DNA of 59,009 bases, counting the filler, from an uncultured bacterium (GTDB lineage: Bacteria > Hinthialibacterota > Hinthialibacteria > Hinthialibacterales > Hinthialibacteraceae): NCBI GenBank assembly GCA_964449065.1. It is 5 parts of 5 records of this genome, joined end to end, with 100 filler letters (N's around TTAATTAATTAA, not from the genome) between each part and the next. Parts side by side here need not be neighbours in the genome. Positions count along the whole stretch, not along the records: positions 23,944 to 35,702 come from CAYVAZ010000155.1; positions 35,803 to 47,425 come from CAYVAZ010000156.1; 3 more parts are not named here. One strand, written 5' to 3'. The notes under the pieces were generated by a model, which had not been told where the DNA came from, made no database searches, and saw only the letters and a list, made by a program, of their open reading frames with translations. Positions 28,263 to 37,452 of this stretch are shown here, piece by piece. The position numbers and the translations under genes are program-made. Numbering within the stretch: position 1 is the stretch's first letter; each line of letters opens with the position of its first letter.

Positions 28263-29032
28263 TCGATCGGGTCAGGATTTTTGTGCCGCAAAAACCAGTC
28301 ATACAATTCTGTCGTGCTGTATGCCCGGTGCCAAATGCCATGACCTTTGTCTTGAAACACGGTATACCGGATATCGGTGTTGGTGATCTCATGCAGCCGT
28401 TTCATCAAGTTATGCGTGTATTGTAGAGGAATCACTTGATCCTGCGCGCCATGAAACGCCCACACCGGCACATCCACCAACTCGTCCGCTTCTTTCACAA
28501 ATCCGCCGCCCGCAACCGGAGCAATCGCGGCAAACCGCCTCGGATACGCAACCGCCCATTGAATCGTCCCCCGGCCGCCCCGGCTCATCCCGGTTAAATA
28601 CACCCGGCTTCGATCCAAGTTATTGCGCAAGAGAACTTCATGCAAAAACGCGTTTAAATTGCCCGCATTCCAAAAATACTCATCCCGCGATAACGGCGCA
28701 ATCACCACAAAGGGCAGCGTGCCGTTCTTCACCATAAACTTCACCGGAACCTCCGGCTTCAACAATTCCAAATCCGTCCCATAAATCCCCGCTCCATGCA
28801 AATATACCATCAAAGGAAATGGAGCACTGTTTTCCGAATATTCAACCGGCCGGTACATTAAATATTTGTAGCCGAATGAGGTTTTGGTAAATTTCTTTTC
28901 CAATACCGAATACGCCGAATTCGAAATCTTGTCTTGCGCGAACACCGGCGGTTTGGCAAAACAAAAAACCAACAATACAATTATATAGTTGATACGATAT
29001 ACCCGCATTGCAATCCTCATAAAAACAGTCAT
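28259..29032 (-). CDS. Alpha/beta hydrolase (phospholipase/carboxylesterase-like predicted peptidase)
   Basis: YLHGAG, GMSRGG nucleophile elbow, WAFHGAQDQVIP and GHGIW motifs; signal peptide. Confidence 0.85.
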   Translation of the reverse strand: MTVFMRIAMRVYRINYIIVLLVFCFAKPPVFAQDKISNSAYSVLEKKFTKTSFGYKYLMYRPVEYSENSAPFPLMVYLHGAGIYGTDLELLKPEVPVKFMVKNGTLPFVVIAPLSRDEYFWNAGNLNAFLHEVLLRNNLDRSRVYLTGMSRGGRGTIQWAVAYPRRFAAIAPVAGGGFVKEADELVDVPVWAFHGAQDQVIPLQYTHNLMKRLHEITNTDIRYTVFQDKGHGIWHRAYSTTELYDWFLRHKNPDPID

Positions 29033-29073
29033 GATTCACAAATAATTATACCTTGGATTGATACCCATACAAA

Positions 29074-29598
29074 ATGACATCCACTCACATCCTCTTATTA
29101 TTGGCAACATTTATCTGCATCAGCATCAGCCTATCCGGCATCGTCCTCGGCATTGTCAACAAAAGACGGGCCGGCGGTTTAATGATGAATATCGGTTGGC
29201 TGCACAAAAACGGACTCTATTTTACTATATTCTTTGCGGTCACCATTTTTATCAGCAACATGCTGGTTCGAGCCTTTGATCCGGATTTTATCGGAACATT
29301 CGAGATTTCCTTCGCCTTTTGCTGTCTTACTCTCGGTATCATTTATTTTTTCCGTTCCGGATTAAGCAACTTAGAAATCCGCGAAAACGGGATCGTCGAT
29401 TTTTGGATATTTGTCCGGTGGGAGGATATCGAATCCTATGAATGGAAAGACTCAACCATTACCGTCCACTTTCGCCATGTGATCCCCATGTGGACATCTT
29501 GGTATATCCCACTCGCCTACAAAGAAAATGTCGAATATCTCCTACACAAAAAAGTTTTCCCCCGGTTCCATTCTCTACGCGAAGATTTTGGTCTTTAA
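29074..29598 (+). CDS. Membrane protein (3 TM plus small PH-like domain)
   Basis: Three hydrophobic segments followed by EIRENGI..WEDIESYEW. Confidence 0.7.
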   Translation: MTSTHILLLLATFICISISLSGIVLGIVNKRRAGGLMMNIGWLHKNGLYFTIFFAVTIFISNMLVRAFDPDFIGTFEISFAFCCLTLGIIYFFRSGLSNLEIRENGIVDFWIFVRWEDIESYEWKDSTITVHFRHVIPMWTSWYIPLAYKENVEYLLHKKVFPRFHSLREDFGL

Positions 29599-29701
29599 TA
29601 TGTTCTTCATAAAACAATCGTAAAATCTGCGAAACATATTTCGGGCAGAACCGTCTAATATGGAAAGTCTTCTTGATTAGACCATTTTTATAAGAGAGGT
29701 T

Positions 29702-31000
29702 TTGGATATGAGAACGTTTTTTCTTGCTGTGTTGTGTAGCTGCTTCTGTGGAATGACACCGGTGTCGCATAGTGATGATTGGCCTGAATTTTACGGCCCC
29801 AACCGCGACAATATCAGTAAAGAAACCGGCATCAACAAAAACTGGGATGAAAATCCACCCAAAGAACTATGGTCCGTCGATACCGGCCCCGGCTTCGGCG
29901 GCGCCGGTATCGCTGATGGCAAAGTCTACATTCTCGACCGCAAAGACGATCAACAGGATGTCTTGCGCTGCTTTGACCTGAAATCCGGCGAAGAATTATG
30001 GAACCATGGCTATGATGCCCCAGGAAAACCATCCTACAACGGTTCCCGCTCTACTCCAACCGTAGACGGCAACTATATCTACACCGTAGGCGTATTCGGC
30101 CATGTATACAGCTTTGATGCCGAAACCCACAAACCGGTTTGGAACAAAAGCTTCGAAGACGATTTCGGTTCCCACGCACCCAACTGGGCTTTCAGCCAAT
30201 CCCCGGTACGCTACAAAGACTTGCTGATCGTCGCTCCCATGAGCGAATCCTGCGGCATGGCAGGCCTCAATGCCAAAACCGGCGAAATAGTCTGGCAATC
30301 CCCGGATATCGGTTCCGGCACCTATATGTCGCCCACTCTCTACACCATCCATGGCAAAGACCAGTTTTACATCCAAACCCGCGTGGGCGAGCAAATGCAG
30401 TTCACTTCTATCGATCCGGATAACGGCGAAATCTTATGGAAACTCATTGATGACAGTTACTTCAACAAAATCCCGATTCCCAATCCCATCCATATCAGCG
30501 AAGGCGTGCTGTTTGTGACCGGTGGATATGATGCCGGTTCTTGCTTGTTAGCCGTTGAGAAAGACGGAGACAAATGGAGCGCGGCGATCCGCAAACTCAT
30601 GCCCAACTACGGCGCGCAAATCCATGCCATGATCTATCATGACGGCTACTTATATGGCAATTTGAACACCAACGAAAACCTACGCAGCAGAAGAACCGAA
30701 CCCGACGGCTTGGCCTGCATCAACACCGAAGGCGGCATTGTTTGGCAAACCAAAGGCGATTTGCCCATCAACCGCGGCGCGTTGCTTTTTGTAGACGATG
30801 TTCTTCTTGCCCTGGGTGATGAAGACGGTTTTTTGCACATGATTGAAGCCACCCATGAAGGCTATAACAAAATCGGATCCCACAAAGTCTTTACCGATTT
30901 GCAGCAAAGAGACAACAACATCTGGGCGCCAATGGCTTTGGCTGATGGAAAATTGGTCATCCGCAGCCAATCCAAACTCAAATGTTTTGACTTGAAATAA
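29702..31000 (+). CDS. PQQ-binding-like beta-propeller protein (exported)
   Basis: DWPEFYGPNRD, repeated xGxxxW docking motifs, C-terminal WAPMALADGKL. Confidence 0.9.
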   Translation: MDMRTFFLAVLCSCFCGMTPVSHSDDWPEFYGPNRDNISKETGINKNWDENPPKELWSVDTGPGFGGAGIADGKVYILDRKDDQQDVLRCFDLKSGEELWNHGYDAPGKPSYNGSRSTPTVDGNYIYTVGVFGHVYSFDAETHKPVWNKSFEDDFGSHAPNWAFSQSPVRYKDLLIVAPMSESCGMAGLNAKTGEIVWQSPDIGSGTYMSPTLYTIHGKDQFYIQTRVGEQMQFTSIDPDNGEILWKLIDDSYFNKIPIPNPIHISEGVLFVTGGYDAGSCLLAVEKDGDKWSAAIRKLMPNYGAQIHAMIYHDGYLYGNLNTNENLRSRRTEPDGLACINTEGGIVWQTKGDLPINRGALLFVDDVLLALGDEDGFLHMIEATHEGYNKIGSHKVFTDLQQRDNNIWAPMALADGKLVIRSQSKLKCFDLK

Positions 31001-31195
31001 CCAGTTTATTTCTTGAAATAATTCATTTTATGATGAAGAGGGGCAGAAAATCCATCTCTTTTTTTATCTATGATTTTTTTGCATACAGGGTGCATGGGTG
31101 TTACACTGGAAAATGTTATCAACAATTGTAAGGTAAATGACTTTGCCTTAGCAAAATAAGCGTTTTACAACACCATTAGTAAGATAGAGGATTTA

Positions 31196-32176
31196 TTGTT
31201 GATGAATTTATTTGATGAAAAGATTCAATCGCTGACAGGAGAGCGTCTACACGCCAAAACCATTAACACATTTCAAGTCAATGTGGGATTAAAATGCAAC
31301 CTCGAATGCGTGCATTGTCATGTATCTTCATCGCCCCGGCGCAAAGAAGAAATGACTTGGAAAACCATGGAAATGATCTTGGACAGCGCTGAAAAAGTGA
31401 ACGCGACTGAAATAGATATTACCGGCGGCGCCCCCGAAATGAACCCGAACCTCAAACACTTCATCATCGAGGCCAACCGCAGAGGCTTCACGACCAAAGT
31501 CAGGACAAACCTCACCATTCTCTTGGAACCCGGCTACGAAGACTATCCCGATTTTTTTAAGGAAAACCGTGTTCAACTGATCGCGTCCCTGCCATGCTAT
31601 TTGCAGGATAACGTGGATAAACAACGGGGAACGGGCGTGTACGAAGATAGCATCAAGGCAATCAAACTGCTGAACGATGTGGGCTATGGAATCGATCCCG
31701 ATTTGCCTCTGCATCTCGTGTACAATCCGGTCGGCCCATCGCTGCCGCCGGAACAAGAATCATTAGAAGACGATTACCGCCGCGAATTGAAAGACCGTTA
31801 TGATATTCACTTCACCAACTTGTTGACCATAACCAATATGCCGATTGGCCGGTACCGCGTAGACCTGCGTCATGCCGATAAAGAAAAAGAATACTTCCAA
31901 TTGCTGACGGAATCCTTTAACCCCGATACGGTAGACGACCTCATGTGCCGTTACCAAATCAGCGTGGATTGGGATGGAAAATTGTACGATTGCGACTTTC
32001 ATCTTGCTATGCGCAAACCGGTCAACTCCGGCGCGCCAAACCACATCAGCCAATTTGATGAATATGTGTTAACCAAACGAAAAATTGTAACACAGGATTA
32101 TTGCTTTGGCTGCACCGCGGGCTGCGGCTCTTCTTGCGGGGGAGCGCTGATCCACCCGGAAACCGTCGCGAATTAA
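31196..32176 (+). CDS. arsS: ArsS-family radical SAM protein with Cys-rich tail (arsenosugar biosynthesis / rSAM-selenodomain family)
   Basis: CNLECVHC, DITGGAPE, ASLPCY..NVDKQRG, LYDCDF and CFGCTAGCGSSCGG motifs. Confidence 0.92.
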   Translation: MLMNLFDEKIQSLTGERLHAKTINTFQVNVGLKCNLECVHCHVSSSPRRKEEMTWKTMEMILDSAEKVNATEIDITGGAPEMNPNLKHFIIEANRRGFTTKVRTNLTILLEPGYEDYPDFFKENRVQLIASLPCYLQDNVDKQRGTGVYEDSIKAIKLLNDVGYGIDPDLPLHLVYNPVGPSLPPEQESLEDDYRRELKDRYDIHFTNLLTITNMPIGRYRVDLRHADKEKEYFQLLTESFNPDTVDDLMCRYQISVDWDGKLYDCDFHLAMRKPVNSGAPNHISQFDEYVLTKRKIVTQDYCFGCTAGCGSSCGGALIHPETVAN

Positions 32177-32212
32177 ATTCTAACGGAATACTTTACCGCC
32201 ACACAAAACTCT

Positions 32213-33124
32213 ATGAAAAGAAAGGGTATCAAAATGAGTCTGTCTACCATTCTGCCTTCAAACCATTCCACCCGTCAATTTCCATGCCTTTTTCTATTCC
32301 TCTGTCTTGCGGCATTCAGCGTAATGATCAGCATAGGAGCAGCCGCACAAGACAAAAAGGGAGCAAGCGCAATGGATTACTCACTTTATGCCGAATTGCT
32401 GGATCAATACGTTAACAGCAAAGGCTTTGTTGACTACAAAGGCTTAAAAACCGATCATGACCAGTTGCAAAAAGCCGTAAACACGTTCAATGAAGTCACC
32501 GAATCGCAGTACCAATCCTGGGATGAGCCAACCCAAATCGCCTATTGGAGCAACGCCTACAACATCTTCACCCTCAAAGCGATTGTCGATCACTATCCCA
32601 TCAAAGCCGGTTGGATCAGCGGCCTGCGCTTCCCCAAAAACAGTATCCGCCAAATCTCGGGTGTATGGGACAAATTAAAGTGGGGGGCAATGGGCAAACA
32701 AGTCACACTCAGTGAAATCGAGCATGAAATCTTGCGGGTTAAGTTTACCGAACCCCGCATTCACTTTGCCATCAACTGCGCCTCAGTTAGCTGCCCGCCA
32801 TTACGAAACGAACCGTTTTATGGACCCAAACTGGAAGAGCAGTTGGCCGATCAAACCAAACGCTTTTTGTCCAATCCCCATAACTTCCGTGTCGACCGGG
32901 AGGACGATTACGTTTATCTATCTTCCATCCTCTCCTGGTTTGGTGAAGACTTTAAAAAAACCAATGCCACGCAAGGAAAATACTCACACCTGGGCGCTGC
33001 CGAACATGCCGTGATTGATTTCATCACCGGCTATGTGGCTGAAGAGGATAAAAACTACCTAAAAACCAAAAAATACAGTATTTCATATACGGATTACGAC
33101 TGGTCTCTCAACGAACAATCCTAA
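32213..33124 (+). CDS. DUF547 domain protein (exported)
   Basis: AYWSNAYN, EIEHEILR, EPRIHFAINCASVSCPPL and YDWSLN motifs. Confidence 0.92.
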   Translation: MKRKGIKMSLSTILPSNHSTRQFPCLFLFLCLAAFSVMISIGAAAQDKKGASAMDYSLYAELLDQYVNSKGFVDYKGLKTDHDQLQKAVNTFNEVTESQYQSWDEPTQIAYWSNAYNIFTLKAIVDHYPIKAGWISGLRFPKNSIRQISGVWDKLKWGAMGKQVTLSEIEHEILRVKFTEPRIHFAINCASVSCPPLRNEPFYGPKLEEQLADQTKRFLSNPHNFRVDREDDYVYLSSILSWFGEDFKKTNATQGKYSHLGAAEHAVIDFITGYVAEEDKNYLKTKKYSISYTDYDWSLNEQS

Positions 33125-33148
33125 CCGGTTCCCAATCAAAAAGGAATT

Positions 33149-33919
33149 ATGATGAACGAGCAGAATACTACAATAAATAAAGCCGGTGAAACAACACAAA
33201 CAAAACCGTCTTCTTCAAAAGGAAAACTGATCGCGTTCGCGGTCATCATTGTTGCCGCGTTGGGGGCGGGCTATTACTTCAACGCTCCCGAACTGCTGAA
33301 AACCGCGCTGGATTATATCCAAGGCTTGGGAGCGATCGGGTATGTTGTTTTTGCTTTGCTTTACATAGCCGCCTGTGTGTTTTTCTTACCGGGGTTCATC
33401 CTCACATTGGGCGGCGGGTTTATATATGGCGTAATCAAAGGTTCCATCATTGTTTCCATTGCTTCCACTTTGGGAGCCGGGGCGGCATTTTTAGTGGGCC
33501 GCTATTTTGCCCGCGGATTCGTCGAACAGAAAATCCAAGGCAACAAAACCTTTCAAACCATCGATGAGGCCGTCGCGCGGGAAGGGGGGAAAATCGTTTT
33601 TCTTACCCGTCTATCCCCCATATTCCCCTTTAATCTCATCAATTACGCTTATGGACTCACGAAAGTAAATTTCTTCACGTTTATCCTTACGTCATGGATC
33701 GGCATGCTGCCGGGTACTGTGATGTACGTCTATCTAGGCTCGCTGGCGGGTGACTTGGCCAAATTAGGGGCCGGTGAACGGGAAAAAACCATGTTGGATT
33801 GGGGACTGTATGCACTCGGTTTGATTGCAACATTAGTCGTCACGTTCTATATCACAAAAATTGCCCGCAAAGCCTTACGCGCTAAAGTCGATGAGCCAAT
33901 CGAAGAAATAGCCGAATAG
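33149..33919 (+). CDS. TVP38/TMEM64 (DedA superfamily) membrane protein
   Basis: LPGFILTLGGG, RLSPIFPFNLINYAYGLT and GMLPGT motifs. Confidence 0.93.
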   Translation: MMNEQNTTINKAGETTQTKPSSSKGKLIAFAVIIVAALGAGYYFNAPELLKTALDYIQGLGAIGYVVFALLYIAACVFFLPGFILTLGGGFIYGVIKGSIIVSIASTLGAGAAFLVGRYFARGFVEQKIQGNKTFQTIDEAVAREGGKIVFLTRLSPIFPFNLINYAYGLTKVNFFTFILTSWIGMLPGTVMYVYLGSLAGDLAKLGAGEREKTMLDWGLYALGLIATLVVTFYITKIARKALRAKVDEPIEEIAE

Positions 33920-33951
33920 AGCATTGAATTCACAAAAAAGGAGAACCACGC

Positions 33952-35478
33952 ATGGATCAAACCGTTTCGATTCACCCGATGGATGAATACAATCAAAAAC
34001 TGGTAGCCTGCACCCACCCCAACGATTGGAGCAATCCCGAGCCGAAAGAGATCTACCACCTGGTCGTCATCGGTGCCGGTAGCGCCGGGTTGGTCACCGC
34101 GGCCGGTTCCGCGGGACTCGGTGCCAAAGTCGCCTTGGTGGAACGTCATTTAATGGGCGGGGATTGTTTAAACGTAGGCTGTGTCCCTTCGAAATGCCTC
34201 ATCCGTTCCGGACACGCGTTTTCTGATATCATGGAAGCGAAAGATTACGGTGTTCATGTCCCCGACGGCACAACCGTTGATTTCCCATTCGTCATGGAAC
34301 GCATGCGCAAAATCCGCAGCGGCATCGCCCCGCATGATTCGGTGGAACGCTTCACCAAACTCGGTGTGGATGTTTTCTTGGGTGACGGAACATTTAATGA
34401 AGATGGGACGGTGGAAGTCGGAGGCAAAAAACTGAAGTACAAAAAAGCCGTTATCTGTACCGGCGCGCGCGCCTTTGTCCCCCCGATCGAAGGCTTGCAG
34501 GATGCGGGCTATGTCACCAACGATACCGTGTTCGAATTAACCGAACTCCCAAAGCGGTTTATGGTCATCGGTGGCGGCCCTATCGGCTGCGAACTCGCCC
34601 AGAGCTTCCGCAATTTCGGCAGCGACGTGCACATCATCGAACGCGCCGGACAATTTCTCACCCGCGAAGACCCGGATGCGGCCGCCATCCTCAAACACAC
34701 GTTTGAACGGCAAGGCATTCACATCCATCTCAATAGCGACGTCAGGAACGTATCCAAAACCGAAAGCGGAAAACTCGTTGAACTGGAATGCGATGGAAAA
34801 ACCCAAACCCTCGAGGTGGATGAAATCATGGTTGGTACAGGACGCGCCCCCAACGTGCAAGGGCTGAACTTGGAAGCCGTGGGGGTGGAATACGACGAAC
34901 GCAAGGGCGTTCATGTTAACGACAACATGCAAACCACCAATCCCAAAATTTTCGCCGCGGGGGATATCTGCATGTCAAAGAAATTCACACACGCCGCGGA
35001 TGTTGCCGCCCGTACGGTCATTCAAAACGCGTTGTTCCCCAACCCGATTCGATCCAAACGGGGCAAATTAAGCAACTATATCATCCCCTGGTGCACCTAC
35101 ACCAACCCGGAAATCGCGCATGTAGGCATGTATGAAAAAGACGCCATAGACAATGGCATTGAAGTAGACACCTACACCAAACCGATGAGCGAAGTTGACC
35201 GCGCCATGGCCGAAGGCGACACCGATGGCTTTGTAAAAATCCATACCGAAAAAGGCTCCGATAAAATTCTCGGCGCCACTATCGTTGCCAAACACGCGGG
35301 AGAAATGATCAACGAAATCACCATGGCAATGAAGTTTGGCATTGGTCTTGGCAAAATCTCAAATGTCATTCATTGCTACCCCACGCAAGCCGAAGCCATC
35401 CGCCATTTGGGAGATGCCTACAACCGAACCAAACTCACGCCATTCGTTAAGAAACTCATAAACTGGTGGCTGTCTTAA
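33952..35478 (+). CDS. Class I pyridine nucleotide-disulfide oxidoreductase (mercuric reductase/LpdA-like, not true MerA)
   Basis: GAGSAG, GGDCLNVGCVPSK, GGGPIGCE and HCYPTQAE motifs; no C-terminal Cys-Cys. Confidence 0.9.
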   Translation: MDQTVSIHPMDEYNQKLVACTHPNDWSNPEPKEIYHLVVIGAGSAGLVTAAGSAGLGAKVALVERHLMGGDCLNVGCVPSKCLIRSGHAFSDIMEAKDYGVHVPDGTTVDFPFVMERMRKIRSGIAPHDSVERFTKLGVDVFLGDGTFNEDGTVEVGGKKLKYKKAVICTGARAFVPPIEGLQDAGYVTNDTVFELTELPKRFMVIGGGPIGCELAQSFRNFGSDVHIIERAGQFLTREDPDAAAILKHTFERQGIHIHLNSDVRNVSKTESGKLVELECDGKTQTLEVDEIMVGTGRAPNVQGLNLEAVGVEYDERKGVHVNDNMQTTNPKIFAAGDICMSKKFTHAADVAARTVIQNALFPNPIRSKRGKLSNYIIPWCTYTNPEIAHVGMYEKDAIDNGIEVDTYTKPMSEVDRAMAEGDTDGFVKIHTEKGSDKILGATIVAKHAGEMINEITMAMKFGIGLGKISNVIHCYPTQAEAIRHLGDAYNRTKLTPFVKKLINWWLS

Positions 35479-35506
35479 ACGTTCCGGCAATCAAGATAAA
35501 ATCCAT

Positions 35507-35537
35507 AAGGTGCACGGCTGGGCGGTGCACCTTTTTT
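35507..35537 (+). terminator. Rho-independent terminator
   Basis: AAGGTGCAC-GGCTGGGCG-GTGCACCTT followed by a T run. Confidence 0.8.
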
Positions 35538-35553
35538 GTACTACAAAATCAGT

Positions 35554-35702
35554 TAGAGCGTTTCAGAGTTGAATAGACAGAATCTATCGTTGTTGCCCCC
35601 CTTATTAAGGGGGTAGGAAGCTATGTCATTGACTTTAGGAATCAAATTTGAAAACGCAATATCTTCTCCCCCAAGTTTGGGGGAGACACAGAGGGGGTTG
35701 TG
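35554..35702. mobile_element. MITE family C left part with family B inserted at 35621; truncated by contig end
   Basis: TAGAGCGTTTCAGAGTTGAATAG, hairpin CCCCCTTATTAAGGGGG, then CTATGTCATTGACTTTAGG...TCTCCCCCAAGTTTGGGGGAGA. Confidence 0.78.
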
Positions 35703-35802
35703 NNNNNNNNNNNNNNNNNNNNNNNNNNNNNNNNNNNNNNNNNNNNTTAATTAATTAANNNNNNNNNNNNNNNNNNNNNNNNNNNNNNNNNNNNNNNNNN
35801 NN
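35703..35802. other. Artificial contig linker
   Basis: N44-TTAATTAATTAA-N44. Confidence 0.98.
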
Positions 35803-36036
35803 TCTCTCTTCAAACGGCTGACCAATTACGAAGAAACAAAGTGTTTCTTAGGAGTGATGAGTGAAATGAGGGGTAGGCTCAAGACATGCGCGATTCGTTG
35901 TGATAGCCGCGCATTAGATACCAACCATTGGGCGCCGTGAGAATTGCGATAGTAGGGTGCATGTCATCTCTCTCAGTAAAAAAAGATTGGTCCAGAGAAG
36001 CAATGAAATTGAATTGCACTGTCAGCCTATCGATTC

Positions 36037-36079
36037 CAACGGATAGCCAGCCGTCATTTTTAGATTGACACAATACTAG
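36037..36079. mobile_element. Solo end of MITE family A
   Basis: CAACGGATAGCCAGCCGTCATTTTTAGATTGACACAATACTAG is nearly identical to 17007-17049. Confidence 0.75.
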
Positions 36080-36368
36080 GCTTTTGAATCGTTTGGAGGG
36101 GGATGGCAGCATTAATAAACGTGATTGGAACGCAGCGCCGACGACCCTTTATATTAGGCTTCCAGCGTTAAATACTTGGCTGCGACTTTGGTGTTATACC
36201 TGATTTACGGCACAATTATCGGTTGGTTGAATTTGTTATGGATTCATTTGGAAGCAAGACTAAGTAGCGGTGCGAATGAGCCTTCTCATGCCGGTTAACA
36301 CGCTTGATTAAACCGATCCAAAGTTTTTCACTCATCGGGGGGGTGTTGCAAAGCCGTTCCTTTTTGTA

Positions 36369-37298
36369 TCACGGGCGCAGATTCATTGCGCGGAAGGCGC
36401 CGCTGCCTGCTTTGGGTTGAGGTGAAGTACTTCTTGCCGTTGCTTCTTGAATTTGTGACGCGGTTGCGGGCGCTATGGTTTCGCTGCCATCTTGCCGTGT
36501 ATTTGCCAAACCGCCCAAGGTTTGGGAATCGGCTACTGTATTCAGATACTCCTGCGGAGAAAGAGGTGAGAATCCCGCCCTTTGCTGAGCTGCCCGTACG
36601 GATGGAGGAAGTGTGTTTGTTTCGGGTGTTTTTGAGGAGGTTGAACCTGCATTCGCTGCAGGATTGTTCAAAGGACTAGCGGGTATTGAAGGATTTTGCT
36701 GATTGGACGTGTTTGGCTGTATCCTTTGGCGTGCCGGTTGATTGGCCAAATCCACCGAACGCGCGGGAACGCCGGAGAAGCGCATTTTCATGGTGAGGGA
36801 AAGGTTACCGTACAGAGCGTTCAACACAAAGTCGCGGTCTGTGACGCCGGGAGTAAATACAATGGATACGTTTTGTACGATGCCATGTTCTTCCATGATC
36901 ACAACCGGGACGCGCATCAACACGTTGTTTTCATCGGAGATCAAAAAATCCGCCCGGCGATTGCCCTGCGCGGATTGGTCTATACTTTGTGCCTCTATGC
37001 CGATTTGATATACACCTGGATTTAAGCGGTTGGTACCGATGGCAACCTGCACATTGTTGCGTAGGGTCGCGACATTATTGAGGACAAAGTGGTTATAATA
37101 ATCGCGGGATTCTTGGTTTTCAAATACGGCGGTGGTGACGATGGGGTCCCAGTGCACCGCGCGGTAACGGACTTGGATTTGCGAGCCGTCCAGTTGTTCC
37201 AATCTGCTGGTGATAAAGGGGGCGGTCACGTTTTTGGGATCAACATTTTCGAATTGAAGCAAACCGAATAGCGATAAAAGTATAAGATCGACGCGCAT
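36369..37298 (-). CDS. Exported hypothetical protein, weakly DUF2911-like, with low-complexity S/P/Q/T tail
   Basis: Short hydrophobic N-terminus; ATLRNNVQVAIGTNRLNPGVY segment; GGAG RBS. Confidence 0.65.
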   Translation of the reverse strand: MRVDLILLSLFGLLQFENVDPKNVTAPFITSRLEQLDGSQIQVRYRAVHWDPIVTTAVFENQESRDYYNHFVLNNVATLRNNVQVAIGTNRLNPGVYQIGIEAQSIDQSAQGNRRADFLISDENNVLMRVPVVIMEEHGIVQNVSIVFTPGVTDRDFVLNALYGNLSLTMKMRFSGVPARSVDLANQPARQRIQPNTSNQQNPSIPASPLNNPAANAGSTSSKTPETNTLPPSVRAAQQRAGFSPLSPQEYLNTVADSQTLGGLANTRQDGSETIAPATASQIQEATARSTSPQPKAGSGAFRAMNLRP

Positions 37299-37452
37299 GA
37301 TGATTCTCCATAATTTGTAGAGATATCATCATTGTATACGGTTTCTATTTGGAGTTAACTGTATTTTTTACCATCTCCATAGCAACAGTCTCTTATGCCT
37401 GACAAGAATTGAAATGCTATCATAATGTCATTGATACAATGATGAACGAAAT

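Noticed and set aside
29702..31000. Quinoprotein dehydrogenase or BamB assignment
   Set aside because: Only generic propeller motifs are visible; PQQ binding or Bam function cannot be supported
32100..32176. Selenocysteine in ArsS
   Set aside because: The relevant codon is TGC; there is no in-frame TGA
33952..35478. Mercury resistance merA
   Set aside because: No N-terminal metal-binding domain, no C-terminal Cys-Cys pair and no mer genes nearby
36080..36368. Possible ncRNA or riboswitch in the long intergenic region
   Set aside because: No recognisable consensus or convincing structure by eye; a covariance-model search would be needed
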